Virus record (IMG/VR): IMGVR_UViG_3300008450_000141
Span: 1 to 38,217 of that record
DNA from: a virus
Taxonomy: Duplodnaviria > Caudoviricetes
Length of the DNA: 38,217 nt
Reading direction: 5' to 3' (one strand)
Shown piece after piece: positions 34,045-38,217 of this stretch (within the stretch, counting starts at the first letter, position 1; each line of letters opens with the position of its first letter). The notes beneath the pieces are model-generated. The model had not been told where the DNA came from, ran no database searches, and saw only the letters and a program-made list of their open reading frames with translations. The translations under genes and the position numbers were made by a program.

Positions 34045-35600
34045 GTTTATTAGCGACAACATCAGGCAGTAATAGCGTACTCGTAACCATCGCCGGTAAT
34101 GGGGCTTTTGACGGAGACTACGTTAACTTTTCAAACATCTCTTCAGCTGTGGGGGGTATCCCTGCATCTGAACTAAACGGCGATCACGAAGTTTTTAACG
34201 CCACAACCAACACATTTACAATTACAGTTGCTACTGTTGCTACATTTACGGCTACATATGATGGTGATTTAACGGCTGTATTTGACATTCATGCAGGTAA
34301 TGAGATTGCAATTTATGGTTACGGTTGGGGTGCTGGTGGCTGGAGTCGTGGTTCATGGGGTTCTGGTGCATCCGACCCAGTTAATTTCCCGCCACGGTTA
34401 TTCTCGCAAGACCGCTTCAATGATGACTTAATCTTTAATATTCGTAATGGTGACATCTATTATTGGACCTACGAACCTACGTTTACAACCCGTGCGGTAT
34501 TGTTATCTAGTCTAGCCGGTGCTAATAGCGTACCGCAAATTGTAGGTAGGATATTGTTCTCTCAAACGGACAGGCACTTACTTGCTTTTGGTGGCACTAA
34601 CTATATTACAAACACATACGACCCGCTATTAATTCGATGGGCAGACCAAGATAACCCTAGAGACTGGGCGCCAACACCTGACAATAGTGCAGGTTTCTTA
34701 CGTGTGTCTAACGGGTCAGAGATTATAAGCGCCGTACGTACACGGCAAGAGATTGTGGTCATAACGGATTCAACCGTATACTCATTGCAGTTCTTAGGTA
34801 CGCAAGATGTATTTGGGTTACAACAGCTAGGGGATAACGTTTCTATTGCTGGGCCTAGTTCTGTTGTCGTAGTTAACAACGTTGTATATTGGATGGGTAA
34901 AGATAAGTTCTACGCTTACTCAGGTCGAATTGATACGCTGCCTTGTACATTGCGTCAGTATGTTTTCCAAGACATCAACAAAGAAGAATTAGCGTTAATT
35001 GTGGCCGGTACGAATGAAGAGTTTAGCGAGATTGTTTGGTTCTACCCCTCTGCGGATTCAAATGAGATTAACCGTTATGTCATCTATAATTACTTAGAAG
35101 GCGTGTGGTACTACGGCAACTTAGTTCGTACAGCTTGGCTAGATTCACCATTGCGTAGTTACCCTCAAGCAGCAGATACAACAGGGTATGTATATGACCA
35201 TGAACGTGGCACGGATGATAATACATTGCCTATGACGGCCTATATATCATCAGGTGACGTGGATATTGAGGACGGTACGCAGTTCATGTTGATTCGCAGG
35301 TTGATTCCTGATATTAACTTTAATGGCTCAACAGCACAAGCGCCTACAGTAGATGTGACAATTAAACCTCGTAACTTCCCAGGTCAAGCGTACCAAACAA
35401 ACAATGCCGAGAACACGGGCATAGAAGCTGAGGTCATAAGAACGTCAACAGTGCCAGTAGACCAGTATACAAATCAAGTATTCTTACGAGTACGAGGCCG
35501 TCAGATTAGCTTTAAGATTGCTTCAGACACATTAGGTGTGCAGTGGCAATTAGGTATGCCACGTATTGATGCAAGGCCAGACGGCAAACGAGGTAGTTAA
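34041..35600 (+). CDS. main part of a tail nozzle / tubular B-like protein
   Basis: IRWADQ....W.PT..N.AG, VYWMG...F..Y.G, F.EI.WFYPS, RTAW, R.RGRQ, C-terminal DG.R. Confidence 0.7.
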   Translation: MSLLATTSGSNSVLVTIAGNGAFDGDYVNFSNISSAVGGIPASELNGDHEVFNATTNTFTITVATVATFTATYDGDLTAVFDIHAGNEIAIYGYGWGAGGWSRGSWGSGASDPVNFPPRLFSQDRFNDDLIFNIRNGDIYYWTYEPTFTTRAVLLSSLAGANSVPQIVGRILFSQTDRHLLAFGGTNYITNTYDPLLIRWADQDNPRDWAPTPDNSAGFLRVSNGSEIISAVRTRQEIVVITDSTVYSLQFLGTQDVFGLQQLGDNVSIAGPSSVVVVNNVVYWMGKDKFYAYSGRIDTLPCTLRQYVFQDINKEELALIVAGTNEEFSEIVWFYPSADSNEINRYVIYNYLEGVWYYGNLVRTAWLDSPLRSYPQAADTTGYVYDHERGTDDNTLPMTAYISSGDVDIEDGTQFMLIRRLIPDINFNGSTAQAPTVDVTIKPRNFPGQAYQTNNAENTGIEAEVIRTSTVPVDQYTNQVFLRVRGRQISFKIASDTLGVQWQLGMPRIDARPDGKRGS

Positions 35601-35900
35601 ATGGCGATTGATCAATTCAAAGCGCCAGCGTTACCTATACCTTCAAAAGAATACGATATGGTGTACTTTACGCAGCTAATACGTTCGATAGCTGTTTACT
35701 TTAACCATATTGATTCAAAGGCTTCGGTTACTTTTGACTCTATAACTCTTACAAATTTACCCGCAAGCGGATATAATCTGCCTACGGGAGCAGTATACCG
35801 AGATGGTGACATCTTGAAAATAGTATTAGCAGATCAAGCTTATGCAGGAACGGTGAGTGCAACTGCTTCTTTAGGCAACGTTACGGTGACTACAATATGA
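35601..35900 (+). CDS. small tail-associated protein
   Basis: PALP.P..EYD...L...YFN; L..GAVY..G..LKI; C-terminal tag. Confidence 0.6.
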   Translation: MAIDQFKAPALPIPSKEYDMVYFTQLIRSIAVYFNHIDSKASVTFDSITLTNLPASGYNLPTGAVYRDGDILKIVLADQAYAGTVSATASLGNVTVTTI

Positions 35901-37384
35901 ACAATATGAACTTAAATCCAGTTAATGCAGCTTCTCAGGCTATGGCAGCGCCTGCTCAATCTGCTCAAGGTCTTGCATCTTTAGGACGCAATAATGACTC
36001 AATGCTGATGCACGTAACGCCTAATGAAGTGCAAGGCTTACAACAACTAGCCCAAAATATGGGCGGTTCACTAACACGCAATCCACAAACAGGTCTACCT
36101 GAAGCTGGGTTCTTTGATTTCTTAGGTAGCTTGTTGCCTACTATTGCCGGTATTGGCTTGACAGCTACTGGGATGGGTCCACTCGCGGCTGGTCTAACTA
36201 CTGGCGCTGGTACGGCGGCTATAACAGGTGATTTAGGTAAGGGCATTATGGCGGGCTTCGGCGCTTATGGCGGAGGCAACTTAGCTGAAGGTCTATCTAA
36301 CGCAGCTGGTGCTACGGCGTTACCTACAGGAGAACTTGGCACAGCTGCTGAGGGAATGATCTCTAATCCAGCCGCAGGTAATTTAGTTGCCCCCGAGTAT
36401 GCGGCAAACGTAGGGGTTCCTACAATGGATCCAGCATCTATTTCCACTATGACAGCACCAGCGGATGTTACTTTTGGTAACATGGCCCAAGGCTTAGAAA
36501 ACGTGACTGCTCCAGGCGGGTTTGATGTATTTAAACAATCCATGGGTACTGAAGGTGCGCCACTAACCTCAGGCCAAGCGGCATTTAAAATAGGCGCTCC
36601 ATTTGCAGCTCCAGTATTAGGTGCTATGGCACCACCTCCAATGAATATGGAAGAAGAGGATTTAGGTTGGGGTCCTTTTAAATCTATCGCAGAACGCCGT
36701 AGAGAAAACAATCCTATGATGATGGCCGAAGGCGGTCCTATATTAAACGATGGTACAGGTTTAGCAGGTCTATTGGATAAACGTGTAGGTAACGAAGGTG
36801 AAGTAGGTGGTCAAGCGGAGTATTATGCAGCGGGTGGTCCTACTAGTATAGACGAATGGCGTGAATACTATAAAGACCCTATGGCCTTTGAGCAACGGAT
36901 GTCAGATTCAGCGGCCACTGAAAAAGCAGCTAAAGCTGTTAGCCAACCAGCTATGTTTGGGCAAATGCAACAACCAGGTGGTATAGGCATGTTGGGGCAA
37001 ATGCAACAACAGCAACCAATAGGTATGAGCATGTTGGCTGGATTAAATCCATCTGCGTTAAGCGCTAGCTCTGGTCCAGCGGCAAGCACTACAATTGATC
37101 AGCTTCGTAGCCAATATGCAGGTATGGCCAAAGGTGGCTATTTAGATGGCCCAGGCGATGGCATGAGTGATGATATTCACGCTACAATAGAAGGTAAGCA
37201 GCCAGCTCGTTTAGCGGACGGTGAGTTCGTGGTTCCGGCTGATGTGGTTAGCCATTTAGGTAATGGCTCTACTAAAGCAGGTGCTAAGCATTTGTATGCT
37301 ATGATGGATAAAGTTCGCAGTGCTCGTACCGGCACTAAGAAACAAGGTAAACAAATTAAAGCTGAGAAATATCTACCTGCATAA
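35897..37384 (+). CDS. internal virion (DNA ejection) protein
   Basis: GR..D.ML.H.TP.E...NP.TGLPEA; Gly/Ala hydrophobic stretch; GPGDGMSD.I...RLADGEFV. Confidence 0.65.
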   Translation: MNNMNLNPVNAASQAMAAPAQSAQGLASLGRNNDSMLMHVTPNEVQGLQQLAQNMGGSLTRNPQTGLPEAGFFDFLGSLLPTIAGIGLTATGMGPLAAGLTTGAGTAAITGDLGKGIMAGFGAYGGGNLAEGLSNAAGATALPTGELGTAAEGMISNPAAGNLVAPEYAANVGVPTMDPASISTMTAPADVTFGNMAQGLENVTAPGGFDVFKQSMGTEGAPLTSGQAAFKIGAPFAAPVLGAMAPPPMNMEEEDLGWGPFKSIAERRRENNPMMMAEGGPILNDGTGLAGLLDKRVGNEGEVGGQAEYYAAGGPTSIDEWREYYKDPMAFEQRMSDSAATEKAAKAVSQPAMFGQMQQPGGIGMLGQMQQQQPIGMSMLAGLNPSALSASSGPAASTTIDQLRSQYAGMAKGGYLDGPGDGMSDDIHATIEGKQPARLADGEFVVPADVVSHLGNGSTKAGAKHLYAMMDKVRSARTGTKKQGKQIKAEKYLPA

Positions 37385-37806
37385 TGCAAATATCATTAAT
37401 ACCTTATGAGCACCTAGATGAAGTATGGCCTAAAATAGAAGGCTACATGAAAGGTGCAGCAGAGTATACGTTTGGTAGGTTTGAGGCTAAAGACATACTA
37501 GACGGGTTAAAAACCAAACCACAACAACTCTGGATTGCGTATAATGATACCGAGATTTTAGGTGGGGTAGTTACGGAAATAATGGTGTATCCTAGGATGA
37601 ATACACTAACAATGCATTTTACAGGTGGTAAAGAACTGCCTAAATGGAAAGACCCTATGTTAAGCGGATTGCAATTATTTGCACAAGCTAATGACTGTTC
37701 GGTTATCGAATCATTTGGTCGTGAAGGCTGGGGAAGAGTTTTTAAGAATGATGGATACAAAACGCGATTCACTGTATACGAATTGCCTGTGGAGAAAATA
37801 GCATGA
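37384..37806 (+). CDS. GNAT-fold protein preceding an ejection protein
   Basis: QLW...VTEI..YPR...L...GG...FA....C..IE..GREGW.R. Confidence 0.6.
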   Translation: MQISLIPYEHLDEVWPKIEGYMKGAAEYTFGRFEAKDILDGLKTKPQQLWIAYNDTEILGGVVTEIMVYPRMNTLTMHFTGGKELPKWKDPMLSGLQLFAQANDCSVIESFGREGWGRVFKNDGYKTRFTVYELPVEKIA

Positions 37807-38217
37807 GATATAATCATTTAGAGATGTTGCCTGAAGAGGCATTCCAAAAAGTTGGTAAAAGTGTAAAACTCTACGGTAAAGGCGGTGGTGGCACTAGCAC
37901 GGTATCACAGGTTCAAATCCCAAAAGAATTATTACCATACATTAAAGAAAGTATTGAAGGCGCCCAGAAAGTAACTGCGCTTCCATATGTAGCTTACGGT
38001 GGTCAACGTATTGCAGGCTTAACGCCACAGCAAAAACAAGCAATGAGTGGGATTATGGGGTTACAAACTCCAGAACAGTTTGCTCAGGCAACGCGTGGGG
38101 CTCAAGCTACATCTGGATTAGGGTATAACACAGCTCAACAAGGTTTAGCTAAAGCATTAGGCTACAATCCACAAGACTTTGGTGCTAGGTCAGCGGCACA
38201 ATATATGTCTCCTTATC
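37803..38217 (+). CDS. DNA ejection / pilot protein, truncated by window end (not in ORF track)
   Basis: Hand translation MRYNHLEMLPEEAFQKVGKSVKLYGKGGGGTSTVSQVQIP...Y.GQRIAGLTP.Q...YMSPY; ATGA overlap; open to the window end. Confidence 0.7.
   Translation, partial: MRYNHLEMLPEEAFQKVGKSVKLYGKGGGGTSTVSQVQIPKELLPYIKESIEGAQKVTALPYVAYGGQRIAGLTPQQKQAMSGIMGLQTPEQFAQATRGAQATSGLGYNTAQQGLAKALGYNPQDFGARSAAQYMSPY

Larger units (their letters stand above)
34016..35900 (+). repeat. 29-nt direct repeat pair (34016-34044 and 35872-35900)
   Basis: TAGGCAACGTTACGGTGAC identical, then AACAGTATGA vs TACAATATGA (27/29). Confidence 0.85.

Noticed and set aside
1438-37817. All minus-strand ORFs and short nested plus-strand ORFs in the track (e.g. 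13449-14042, 16097-16486, 36265-36711, 13128-13517)
   Set aside because: They shadow well-supported + strand genes, lack recognisable motifs, and are expected from biased codon use and low-complexity sequence.
1-38217. Stop-codon reassignment
   Set aside because: Genes tile densely in the standard code and TAA, TAG and TGA all occur as stops at sensible gene ends.

Overview
Late (structural) region of a tailed dsDNA phage, probably short-tailed (podovirus-like). All credible genes are on the + strand. Order: AT-rich non-coding region with four IHF-consensus sites and a DnaA box (1-575); HNH nuclease, terS, terL, second HNH nuclease, portal, GroES, scaffold, major capsid protein, GIY-YIG endonuclease; a 23-aa PqqA gene missed by the ORF track (10911-10982) whose sequence points to a Methylophilaceae host, followed by two compact, pseudoknot-capable non-coding elements (10998-11089, ~11128-11213); small Lys-rich proteins sharing an [FYML]xxGG motif; head-tail and fibre-attachment genes; three RCC1-repeat proteins (four complete 7-repeat propellers) interleaved with a sulfation/glycosylation/ADP-heptose cassette (24009-32352); lysis genes; a split tail-nozzle gene; ejection proteins, the last truncated at the window end. 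Strongest leads: (1) the RCC1 + glyco/sulfo cassette as a possible virion-decoration system, (2) the pqqA + two structured RNA island, (3) short peptide tags reused across structural proteins. All calls come from reading motifs by eye; no searches or folding were run.
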